From Leptolyngbyaceae cyanobacterium RM1_406_9 (GTDB taxonomy: Bacteria > Cyanobacteriota > Cyanobacteriia > Elainellales > Elainellaceae), in the NCBI GenBank assembly GCA_012033355.1, contig JAAUQZ010000074.1:1-21128 (forward strand): DNA of 21,128 bases, in the 5' to 3' direction. The notes under the pieces were generated by a model. It was not told the DNA's origin. It worked only from the letters and a program-made list of their open reading frames with translations, and made no database searches. The translations under genes were made by a program, and so were the position numbers. Shown here in pieces: positions 8,516 through 15,404 of the stretch. The first letter of the stretch is position 1. Every line of letters begins with the position of its first letter.

Positions 8516-8589
8516 CGTGCCTTCTCCTAAAACTGTGGGTGGGCGATCGCCCCTTTAACGATAGACTCAATTTTTTAGTATAAGGCGAA

Positions 8590-8614
8590 CAAAAAACCCC
8601 GGACGAGCCGGGGC
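8590..8614 (-). terminator. Rho-independent terminator downstream of psbH
   Basis: The minus strand reads CCCCGG-ctcgt-CCGGGG followed by TTTTTT. It lies 64 nt after the psbH stop and before tatA. Confidence 0.75.
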
Positions 8615-8677
8615 AAAGATTCATCCAATATCCACAACCAAAGGAAGACTTGCAGGCAGTAAGCAATCTGCCAAACA

Positions 8678-8881
8678 TTACTTGCCCAATGTACTCCAGT
8701 CTACATCCAGACCTTCAAGCAGCAAGGAAGAATTATAAATTTGCAGAATGATCAGCAAGAACACGAAAAATAAACCCATGAAGACCGCCATCAGCGGTGT
8801 CGTTCCCCAACCGGGAGCAACTTTACCGTATTCAGAGTTTAGAGGTTTGAGGATATTTCCCAACCGAGTCTGTTGTGCCAT
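8678..8881 (-). CDS. psbH: Photosystem II reaction-centre protein H
   Basis: 67 aa. The sequence is [52 protein letters not shown], the canonical PsbH sequence with a single TM helix. Confidence 0.95.
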   Translation of the reverse strand: MAQQTRLGNILKPLNSEYGKVAPGWGTTPLMAVFMGLFFVFLLIILQIYNSSLLLEGLDVDWSTLGK

Positions 8882-8957
8882 GAGTGACCTGCGATAAATC
8901 TCAATATTTTAACGATCCGTAATATTATAAAAGAATACTACTCATAATTGATCGCTT

Positions 8958-9089
8958 ATGGAACCCGCAACAGTTTTTAGCATTTCTATCGGAGTTTTCT
9001 TGTTAGCCGTGACAGGCTTTTCTATTTATACCTCGTTTGGGCCTCCTTCTAGAGAACTCAACGATCCATTTGAAGACCACGAAGATTAG
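8958..9089 (+). CDS. psbN: Photosystem II assembly protein PsbN (43 aa; below the ORF-track length cutoff)
   Basis: My hand translation gives [43 protein letters not shown], from ATG at 8958 to TAG at 9087-9089. This matches the conserved PsbN pattern (METAT...YT.FGPPS.EL.DPFE.HED). The gene is divergent from psbH, which is the conserved arrangement. Confidence 0.9.
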   Translation: MEPATVFSISIGVFLLAVTGFSIYTSFGPPSRELNDPFEDHED

Positions 9090-9222
9090 AAAGTACTTAA
9101 GCACAACGAGCATTTGTAATCAAACGCAAACTCTGCCACCGCTCTAAACCTGCTGGGCATATCTCTAGCCCTACCCAAGCCAGGGTACCTGAGATCTTGC
9201 ACTAGCGGCAGGGGGTGTTGCA

Positions 9223-9369
9223 CTAGCGCCTTGAGATCAATCTCAGGCTCAAAGCTAAAACTCGTTAAAACGAGTTGGAATGGTTTTACAGTGGGCATTT
9301 GAGTCCGTTGAAACGGACTTGGGCTATTAGCCCGGAATTGATTCCAGGATGGGTCATCGGGTAACAAAC
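9223..9369 (-). repeat. Roughly 146-bp hairpin-rich dispersed repeat, copy B (inverted relative to copy A)
   Basis: The reverse complement aligns along its whole length with 2482-2627 (see copy A). The 93-aa track ORF at 9086..9367 lies inside it and is not conserved in copy A. Confidence 0.85.
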
Positions 9370-9562
9370 CAGCTTAGTGCGAGATTTGAGTTACAGCAGT
9401 TTTCACTTGCACAAAGCACAAATCTCTCTAGGGGCGGACAGCCGTTTGCCCCTAGAGTTATTCATCCGTAAGACGCTGCAAATCTCCACTCAAATTCAAC
9501 AATTTGTGGCTTGAGTTGCTTTATTCTATGTCTAGACAACTCGATTTGAGGTTCAACCGTAG

Positions 9563-9795
9563 CTCATTCTATTTTTGGAATAGATGGCTCTATCTCTGAC
9601 CCGCTTCAGTTAACCCTGAGAATAGAACTATCCATCTCTGACCCCACTTCATTTGGGGTCAGACCTACTTCATTCTATTCTTGGAATAAGTGGTTCTATC
9701 CCTGAACTCCACTTCAACTGGGGGCAAACCTACTCCATTCTATTTCTAGAATAGATGGCTTTGTACTAGACATACTTCCATTGGGGTAAGAGGGC
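9563..9795 (+). repeat. Degenerate tandem repeat (unit about 66 bp, 3-4 copies) with internal hairpins
   Basis: Units start with CATTCTATT(T/C)(T/C)(T/A)GGAATA(G/A)(A/G)TGG at 9565, 9671 and 9737. The first interval is 106 bp and contains an internal partial duplication. Each unit has a TCTATT..AATAGA hairpin, and CTGACCCC-acttcattt-GGGGTCAG is present at 9638-9662. Confidence 0.75.
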
Positions 9796-9797
9796 GA

Positions 9798-9939
9798 TGG
9801 GTGCATCCAAGTTTTGCAAGTTTGCCCTCATCCCCCAGCCCCTTCTCTCAAAAAGGGAGAAGGGGAGCCGGATTGGAAGTCCCTCTCCCGCTCTGGGAGA
9901 GGAATTTAGGGTGAGGGCTGCAAAAGTGGGATGCACCCA
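9798..9939. repeat. Roughly 140-bp palindromic dispersed element (long terminal IR plus two internal hairpins)
   Basis: The left arm is TGGGTGCATCCAAGTTTTGCAAGTTTGCCCTCA and the right arm is GGGTGAGGGCTGCAAAAGTGGGATGCACCCA. Internal stems are CCCCTTCTC/GAGAAGGGG (9839-9865) and CCTCTCCC/GGGAGAGG (9882-9902). The 21 nt at 9919-9939 recur exactly, inverted, at 21108-21128. Confidence 0.8.
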
Positions 9940-10103
9940 GGGGCGATCGCCTCTGAGGAAGTGACGGCAAACCGTTGGAACCACTAAATTGACCAGCAGC
10001 CTGATGCCACTTCTGCGTGAAGCTATATGTTCTAGGGCAAGACACGCTCCAAAACATATAGCTTTGAAGAGAATTGGGATAAAGACTTGGAGGTAAACCT
10101 GTC

Positions 10104-10685
10104 ATGATTGCTCAAACTGAGACAAAACACTACACCATTGATGAATACCTGGAACTCGAAATCGCGTCAGAAACGCGCAGTGAATACTGTGATGGAGAAA
10201 TCATTCCAATGACTGGTGGAACACCCAACCACAATGATATCGCTGGGAACCTATACATCCTTCTTAAATCCGCGCTCAAGGGGAAAAATTACCGGACTTT
10301 TTATGCCGATCAACGGCTCTGGATTCCAGATGTCAGCCTCTATACCTATCCCGATGTGATGGTTCTACCTAAACCGCTAGAACTTCAAACTGGGCGCAAA
10401 GATACTGTTGTGAACCCTTGTTTTATAGCTGAAGTGTTGTCTAAGTCCACTCAAAACTACGATCGCGGTGAGAAATTTGTTGCCTATCGGACAATTCCCA
10501 CCTTCCAAGAATATTTGCTGATTGACCAATACTGCATACACGTTGAGCATTATGTTAAAACAGCCGCTCATCAATGGCTATTTTCGGAATACGATGACCC
10601 AACTGTTACTCTTTCTTTAAGCACCTTTGAGTTTCAAATTCAGATTGCAGAACTTTACGACAATATTGACTTTTCAACTGTTTGA
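10104..10685 (+). CDS. Uma2 family (DUF820) PD-(D/E)xK-like endonuclease
   Basis: 193 aa. YTIDEYLELE...SEYCDGEI..MTGGTPNHNDI..NLY..L, the later ...YPDVMVL and ...NPCFIAEVLS.ST...D...K...Y follow the Uma2 pattern that is abundant in cyanobacteria. Confidence 0.85.
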   Translation: MIAQTETKHYTIDEYLELEIASETRSEYCDGEIIPMTGGTPNHNDIAGNLYILLKSALKGKNYRTFYADQRLWIPDVSLYTYPDVMVLPKPLELQTGRKDTVVNPCFIAEVLSKSTQNYDRGEKFVAYRTIPTFQEYLLIDQYCIHVEHYVKTAAHQWLFSEYDDPTVTLSLSTFEFQIQIAELYDNIDFSTV

Positions 10686-10799
10686 GTGGGATGGCTGAAA
10701 CAGGAGTAGAAAGGGCGATCGCACAGGATAAGAACAAGGCTACTATTTGGATACCCCGCTTAGTGAAGTGAACAGGAGATCGACGTAAGGCAGGTCAAG

Positions 10800-11108
10800 A
10801 TGTCCGTTGAGGAAGCACTGGCTATTTTAGATATAGCCTTACAGCAAGAACGCCTAAACGACGTTCAAGAAATTGTCTTTCGCTGCTGCTGGGAAGGACA
10901 GACCTATGCTGAGATTGCCGACTCAGCGGGATATGATCCTGGCTACATCAAAGATGTCGGCTCCAAACTGTGGCAGCTTTTGTCAGAGTCTCTCGGCGAA
11001 AAAGTCAGCAAAAGCAACCTCCAGGCTGTTTTTAGAAGAAATCTATACCGCCTTTCAACCCCGCAAGAACTCCCCTCTCCCCTCCCCACCCTCCTCTCTT
11101 TCCCTTAG
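10800..11108 (+). CDS. Stand-alone HTH domain (sigma-70 region 4/LuxR-like) normally found as the N-terminus of cyanobacterial STAND-WD40 proteins; probably the split-off 5' part of the next gene
   Basis: The sequence is [78 protein letters not shown], followed by a Pro-rich linker and a TAG at 11106. The downstream gene's frame is already open from 11036, which gives a 73-nt two-frame overlap. Confidence 0.7.
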   Translation: MSVEEALAILDIALQQERLNDVQEIVFRCCWEGQTYAEIADSAGYDPGYIKDVGSKLWQLLSESLGEKVSKSNLQAVFRRNLYRLSTPQELPSPLPTLLSFP

Positions 11109-11170
11109 CCCCCAGCCCCCAGCCCCTAGCGCCGCCCCGCCCCCTCACTGCGACTGGGAGAGCAATTGAC

Positions 11171-14100
11171 GTGTCTACCTTCTACGGTCGGGCAGAAGAG
11201 TTAGCCACGCTGAAGCAGTGGATTTTAGGAACCCAGACCCGTCAGCCCTGTCGCCTGGTTGCAATGCTGGGAATGGGCGGCATTGGCAAAACCTCTTTGT
11301 CGGTAAAACTGGCGCAAGAGATTGTAGAAGGGGTCGGAGGAACGGAGTCTCCCCATCGTTCTTTTGAGTTTGTGATTTGGCGATCGCTCCGCAATGCTCC
11401 TCTAGTCGAAGACATTCTCGCTGACCTCATCCGAGTCCTTTCTAACGAGCAGGAAACGGAAGCGGATTTATCCAAAGATCTCAGCAGCAGGATTACTCGG
11501 CTGATTCACTACCTCCGGACTCACCGTTGCCTACTGGTGTTAGACAACGCAGAAACAATTTTGCGCGGCGGTGACTATGCCGGATATTATCGCGAAGGCT
11601 ATGAGGGCTATGGAGATTTGCTGCGGCGGGTAGGAGAAGTAACTCACCAAAGCTGTCTGGTGATCACCAGTCGAGAAAAACCGAGGGAGTTTGTCTCTCT
11701 AGAAGGCGATACATTGCCTGTGCGATCGCTCAGTCTGATTGGCTTACGGGTCTCTGACGGACAGGAAATTCTCAGGGCAAAAGGTGAGTTTATTGGGTCT
11801 GAAGCCGAACTGGAGGCACTCACCGATCGCTATGCTGGAAACCCACTGGCGCTAAAGATTGTTGCCACCACGATTCAAGACTTGTTTGATGGCAGCATTG
11901 CCGAATTTTTAGCGCAGGGCACGGCCGTCTTTGATGACATTCGCACTCTGCTGGTCCAGCAGTTTAGCCGCCTGTCAGACCTGGAGCGGGAAATTATGCA
12001 CTGGCTGGCAATCGATCGGGAACCCGCTGCGTTTAGTGATTTGCAGGAAGATCTGCTGGTGCCTGTAACCAAAACACAGCTCATTGAGGCGATCGGCTCT
12101 TTGCGGCGGCGATCGCTGATTGAGAAAGCAACGGTTACAGGGGGCGATCGCCAGTCCAACAGCTACACGCAGCAGCCCGTTGTGATGGAGTATGTGACTG
12201 AACGGTTGGTCGAGCAAACTTGCCAGGAAATTCTCACTGGAAAGCTCTCACTGTTTATCACCCATGCCCTGCTCAAAGCCTCAACCAAAGACTACATTCG
12301 GGAAAGCCAAATTCGGATTATTTTAGAGCCGACTATTGCTCAACTCCTGTCCACACTGCGGACAAAGCCAGATGTTGAGCAAAAGTTAAACCAGGTTTTG
12401 GAAAAGTTACAGGAATTGGCTGACCAGAGTGGCTATGGTGGCGGCAACTTGATTAACCTGTATCGGCAACTTAAAACCGACCTGACAGACTATGATTTTG
12501 CTCAAATCAAAGTGCAGCACGCCTACCTGCCCGATGTAAACCTGCATCGAGTTGATTTTACCGACGCGGATTTGGCGAAATCTGTGTTTGCTCAAACGCT
12601 TGGCAGCATCTTGTCAGTCGCCTTTAGCCCCGATGGAACGCTGCTGGCAACCAGCGACGAAGACGGCGAAATTCGCGTTTGGCAAGTGACAGACGGCAGG
12701 CAGCTTTATACCTGTCGGGAACATACAGAGTGGGTTTGGTCAATTACCTTTAGCCCAGACGGGGAAACAATCGCCAGCAGCAGCAAAGACCAAACCGTGC
12801 GACTGTGGGACTCTGCAACGGGACAGTGTTTTCAGGACTTGCAAGGGCATACGGGCTGGGTTTGGTCTTCTGCTTTTAGCCCCGACGGCCAAACCCTGAT
12901 CAGCGGCAGCGAAGACCAGACGGTGAAACTATGGAATATTCACTCCGGAGACTGTCTCAATACCTTTGAAGGGCACCTGGGCGGAGTCTGGTCAGTGGCA
13001 TTTAGCCCCGATGGTCAACGGTTTGCCAGCGGGGGTGTCGATCAAACCGTGCGGCTGTGGGAGGTAAAAACCGGGAAATGTCTCCTGCTGGAAGGGCATA
13101 CAAATCGGATTCGTTCGATTGTTTTTAGTCCTGATGGTCAGCTTTTGGTCACGGCAGGCGATGACCAATCGATGCGATTCTGGCAGGTTAGCACAGGGAA
13201 ATGTTTGCACGTTGCACCTCACGATAGCCGCATCTGGTCGGTGGCATTTAGTCCGGATGGGGAATGGGTGGCGATCGCCAGTGACGACCAGACCATTAAA
13301 CTTTGGGAAGTCCGCACCCGTCAGTTTTTTAGAACCTTTCAAGGGCACAGCAGCCGAGTTTGGTCCGTGGCATTTAGTCCTGACAGTCAAACACTCGCCA
13401 GCGGCAGCGACGACCAGACGATTCGCCTCTGGGAAGTCCACAGTGGGCAGTGCCTCCGCAGCTTCCAGGGACACAATAACTGGATCTGGGCAGTTGCCTT
13501 TAGCCCTGACGGAAACTCCCTTGTCAGCGGTGGTGAAGATCGAGCAGTGCGGCTATGGGATCTTCAAACTGAGAAATGCTTCAAGGAATTGCGAGGCCAC
13601 ACCGGACGCATCTGGTCGGCCGCCTTTAGCCCCAATGGTCAGATTCTTGCTAGCGGCAGTGATGACCAAACCATCAAACTGTGGCAGGTGAAAACTGGAC
13701 GCTGCCGCGCGACCTTGCGCGGACACACACGCCAGGTGCGGCTAATTGCGTTTAGCCCAGAGGGTCAGCTCCTCGCCAGTGCCAGCGGCGATCGCACTGT
13801 CAAACTTTGGGAAGTCAGCACCGGGGAATGCCTCAAAACCCTTCGGGGACACGCAAGCTGGCTCTTTTCCGTTGCCTTCAGCCCCAATGGAAAACGGTTG
13901 GTAACGGGCAGCGATGACCAAACTGTGCGGCTGTGGGATGTGAATACGGGGGAATGTCTAACCGTGTTAGAAGGACACAGCAAAATTGTGCTATCGGTTG
14001 CCTTCAGTCCTGATGGCAAAACGGTTGCCAGCAGCAGCGATGACCAAACCATTCGACTTTGGGATGCTGACACCGGGGAATGCATTCACACCATTTCCCA

Positions 14101-14455
14101 GGAAGCAGGCTGGGTGCAGGTTGTCGCTTTTAGCCCCAGCATAGAATCGCCAATTCTCGCTAGCAGCGGCAATGACCAGATGATTAAACTGTGGGAGATG
14201 GGTCAGACGGAGTGCCTGAAGCAGTTGCAAGGGCATGGAAAAGCTGTGAATGCGATCGCCTTTAGCCCCAATGGTCAATTTCTCGTTTCCGGCAGCGAAG
14301 ACGAAACCATCAAACTCTGGCAGGTCAACACTGGAGAATGTCTCAAAACCCTCAGAGCCAAACGCCCTTACGAAGGCATGAATATTACGGGTACAACTGG
14401 ATTGACTGCCGCTCAAAGGGCGACTTTGAGAGCATTGGGGGCAGTAGAGTTTTGA
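11171..14455 (+). CDS. STAND (NB-ARC/AP-ATPase-like) P-loop NTPase with 14 C-terminal WD40 repeats
   Basis: FYGRAEEL...[11 protein letters not shown] is the Walker A (nt 11270-11293), and CLLVLDNAE is the Walker B. GNPLALK and a winged-helix-like region follow. Fourteen units of about 42 aa then run across 12602-14359 ([41 protein letters not shown]). The tail is [16 protein letters not shown]...L.ALGA. The annotated GTG start at 11171 is probably an artefact of the split from 10800-11108. Confidence 0.9.
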   Translation: MSTFYGRAEELATLKQWILGTQTRQPCRLVAMLGMGGIGKTSLSVKLAQEIVEGVGGTESPHRSFEFVIWRSLRNAPLVEDILADLIRVLSNEQETEADLSKDLSSRITRLIHYLRTHRCLLVLDNAETILRGGDYAGYYREGYEGYGDLLRRVGEVTHQSCLVITSREKPREFVSLEGDTLPVRSLSLIGLRVSDGQEILRAKGEFIGSEAELEALTDRYAGNPLALKIVATTIQDLFDGSIAEFLAQGTAVFDDIRTLLVQQFSRLSDLEREIMHWLAIDREPAAFSDLQEDLLVPVTKTQLIEAIGSLRRRSLIEKATVTGGDRQSNSYTQQPVVMEYVTERLVEQTCQEILTGKLSLFITHALLKASTKDYIRESQIRIILEPTIAQLLSTLRTKPDVEQKLNQVLEKLQELADQSGYGGGNLINLYRQLKTDLTDYDFAQIKVQHAYLPDVNLHRVDFTDADLAKSVFAQTLGSILSVAFSPDGTLLATSDEDGEIRVWQVTDGRQLYTCREHTEWVWSITFSPDGETIASSSKDQTVRLWDSATGQCFQDLQGHTGWVWSSAFSPDGQTLISGSEDQTVKLWNIHSGDCLNTFEGHLGGVWSVAFSPDGQRFASGGVDQTVRLWEVKTGKCLLLEGHTNRIRSIVFSPDGQLLVTAGDDQSMRFWQVSTGKCLHVAPHDSRIWSVAFSPDGEWVAIASDDQTIKLWEVRTRQFFRTFQGHSSRVWSVAFSPDSQTLASGSDDQTIRLWEVHSGQCLRSFQGHNNWIWAVAFSPDGNSLVSGGEDRAVRLWDLQTEKCFKELRGHTGRIWSAAFSPNGQILASGSDDQTIKLWQVKTGRCRATLRGHTRQVRLIAFSPEGQLLASASGDRTVKLWEVSTGECLKTLRGHASWLFSVAFSPNGKRLVTGSDDQTVRLWDVNTGECLTVLEGHSKIVLSVAFSPDGKTVASSSDDQTIRLWDADTGECIHTISQEAGWVQVVAFSPSIESPILASSGNDQMIKLWEMGQTECLKQLQGHGKAVNAIAFSPNGQFLVSGSEDETIKLWQVNTGECLKTLRAKRPYEGMNITGTTGLTAAQRATLRALGAVEF
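12602..14359 (+). repeat. Intragenic tandem array: 14 WD40-encoding units of about 126 bp
   Basis: I counted the repeats from the translation. Unit lengths are 42,42,42,41,41,42x7,44,40 aa. This predicts two 7-bladed propellers. Confidence 0.85.
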
Positions 14456-14499
14456 TTGCTGAATTAGTCAAAATACTGACAGCAAACTTTCCTTACACT

Positions 14500-15309
14500 A
14501 TGGGTGATTCCCTCTCTATGACTCCATACTCCCTTCTCAAGCAAGCTCAGCGACAGCGAGTGAGTGATGGGCAACACGTTTCCATTGTGGATGGATGTGA
14601 TTCCGCTGATCGCCTCCTGGTGATGGTGCTGCCTCAACTGGGTGACTTTGATAGTCTTGAGTATATCTGGTGGCTACAACGGTATGCGGAACAGTTGCAG
14701 TCTCTCAAGCTAACCATTCGCGCCGTAGGAATTGGCGATCGCACGTCAGGAGAACAGTTTTGTCGTTACACCAACTTCTCCCCTGAGAGACTATTTGTTG
14801 ATCCGACGGCAGAACTGCATCAACAGTTGGGTCTGTATTCGGGGTTATCCCTCAAGCTACCTGCTCTTTCCCCCGCTCAAACTGCCTGGTTAAATTTGAT
14901 GTTAATGTGTGCTGGGGTTGGCAGTCCCGGTACGCTGGCAGAAGTGTTTCGAGGGTATCGGGGCGATCGCAACGCACCTCAACTCATTGCCGATGATGAA
15001 ATAGTGAAAGCGTCTCCCCTGCCTGCTTTCAAAGGCTCATTCTTTAAGCTAGCTGGAGGCACAGGATTTCAGCGCCCCTTTGAGTTGGCAACCCTGCGAC
15101 TACGAAACATGACAGAAGTTTTGAGTCACTGGAAAATCTATGTTCCCAACGCCGCATACCTCACCCAACGAGGGGGAACATTCCTATTCAATAGCAATGG
15201 CGATTTGCTCTATGAGCATCGAGACCAGGGAATCTTGGGCTTTGCTGCCGATATGAGCAACCCGCTATCGTTTTTGTTGGAGAATCTATCTCTTCTACAA
15301 CCTCAGTAA
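14500..15309 (+). CDS. AhpC/TSA_2-like (PF13911-type) thioredoxin-fold protein lacking the canonical Cys
   Basis: LLVMVLPQLGDFDSLEY...IRAVGIGD....F....F....LFVDP...L...LG, and the C-terminal QRGGTFLF...GDLLYEHRDQGILGFA, match my memory of the peroxiredoxin-like family. The start is set at ATG 14500 (alternative 14518). The track ORF start at 14338 overlaps the WD40 gene. Confidence 0.65.
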   Translation: MGDSLSMTPYSLLKQAQRQRVSDGQHVSIVDGCDSADRLLVMVLPQLGDFDSLEYIWWLQRYAEQLQSLKLTIRAVGIGDRTSGEQFCRYTNFSPERLFVDPTAELHQQLGLYSGLSLKLPALSPAQTAWLNLMLMCAGVGSPGTLAEVFRGYRGDRNAPQLIADDEIVKASPLPAFKGSFFKLAGGTGFQRPFELATLRLRNMTEVLSHWKIYVPNAAYLTQRGGTFLFNSNGDLLYEHRDQGILGFAADMSNPLSFLLENLSLLQPQ

Positions 15310-15332
15310 GCCAGATATCGTTGTGATCTTGT

Positions 15333-15383
15333 AGGTTAAGACAAGGGAGGCGGAGCCTAGCCCCGCCTCCCTTGTCTTAACCT
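15333..15383. terminator. 21-bp perfect GC-rich stem-loop between convergent genes (putative bidirectional terminator)
   Basis: AGGTTAAGACAAGGGAGGCGG (15333-15353), loop agcctagcc, CCGCCTCCCTTGTCTTAACCT (15363-15383). It lies 24 nt after the stop at 15309 and 22 nt after the minus-strand stop at 15405. There is no flanking T-run on either strand. Confidence 0.6.
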
Positions 15384-15404
15384 GAACGATTAGCCCTCTA
15401 GCAG

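Noticed and set aside
9563-9795. Possible short CRISPR array (37-nt repeat, roughly 66-bp period)
   Set aside because: The would-be spacers are homologous to one another. The repeats are only about 75-85% identical. There are only 3 units, and no cas genes or leader are in the window. It is a degenerate tandem repeat.
9086-10105. Minus-strand ORFs 9086..9367, 9766..9984 and 9848..10105
   Set aside because: Each is the read-through of a dispersed repeat. The reading frame is not preserved in the other copy of the same repeat, and the peptides are low-complexity.
10873-11169. 98-aa frame-1 ORF overlapping the HTH ORF
   Set aside because: It is mostly an alternative frame of the HTH gene plus the C-rich linker. 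Only its last residues (DW) look meaningful, and those are treated in the frameshift finding rather than as a gene.
11242-14416. Multiple ORFs antisense or out of frame within the STAND-WD40 gene (e.g. 12992..13474-, 13119..13691+, 13765..14085-, 13991..14416-)
   Set aside because: Long alternative-frame ORFs are expected in a repetitive gene with few stop codons in its other frames. The sense frame has unambiguous Walker and WD40 motifs.
14338-14499. Upstream extension of the thioredoxin-like ORF (track start 14338)
   Set aside because: It would overlap the last 118 nt of the WD40 gene in another frame. ATG 14500 lies 45 nt after that gene's stop and precedes the conserved region.
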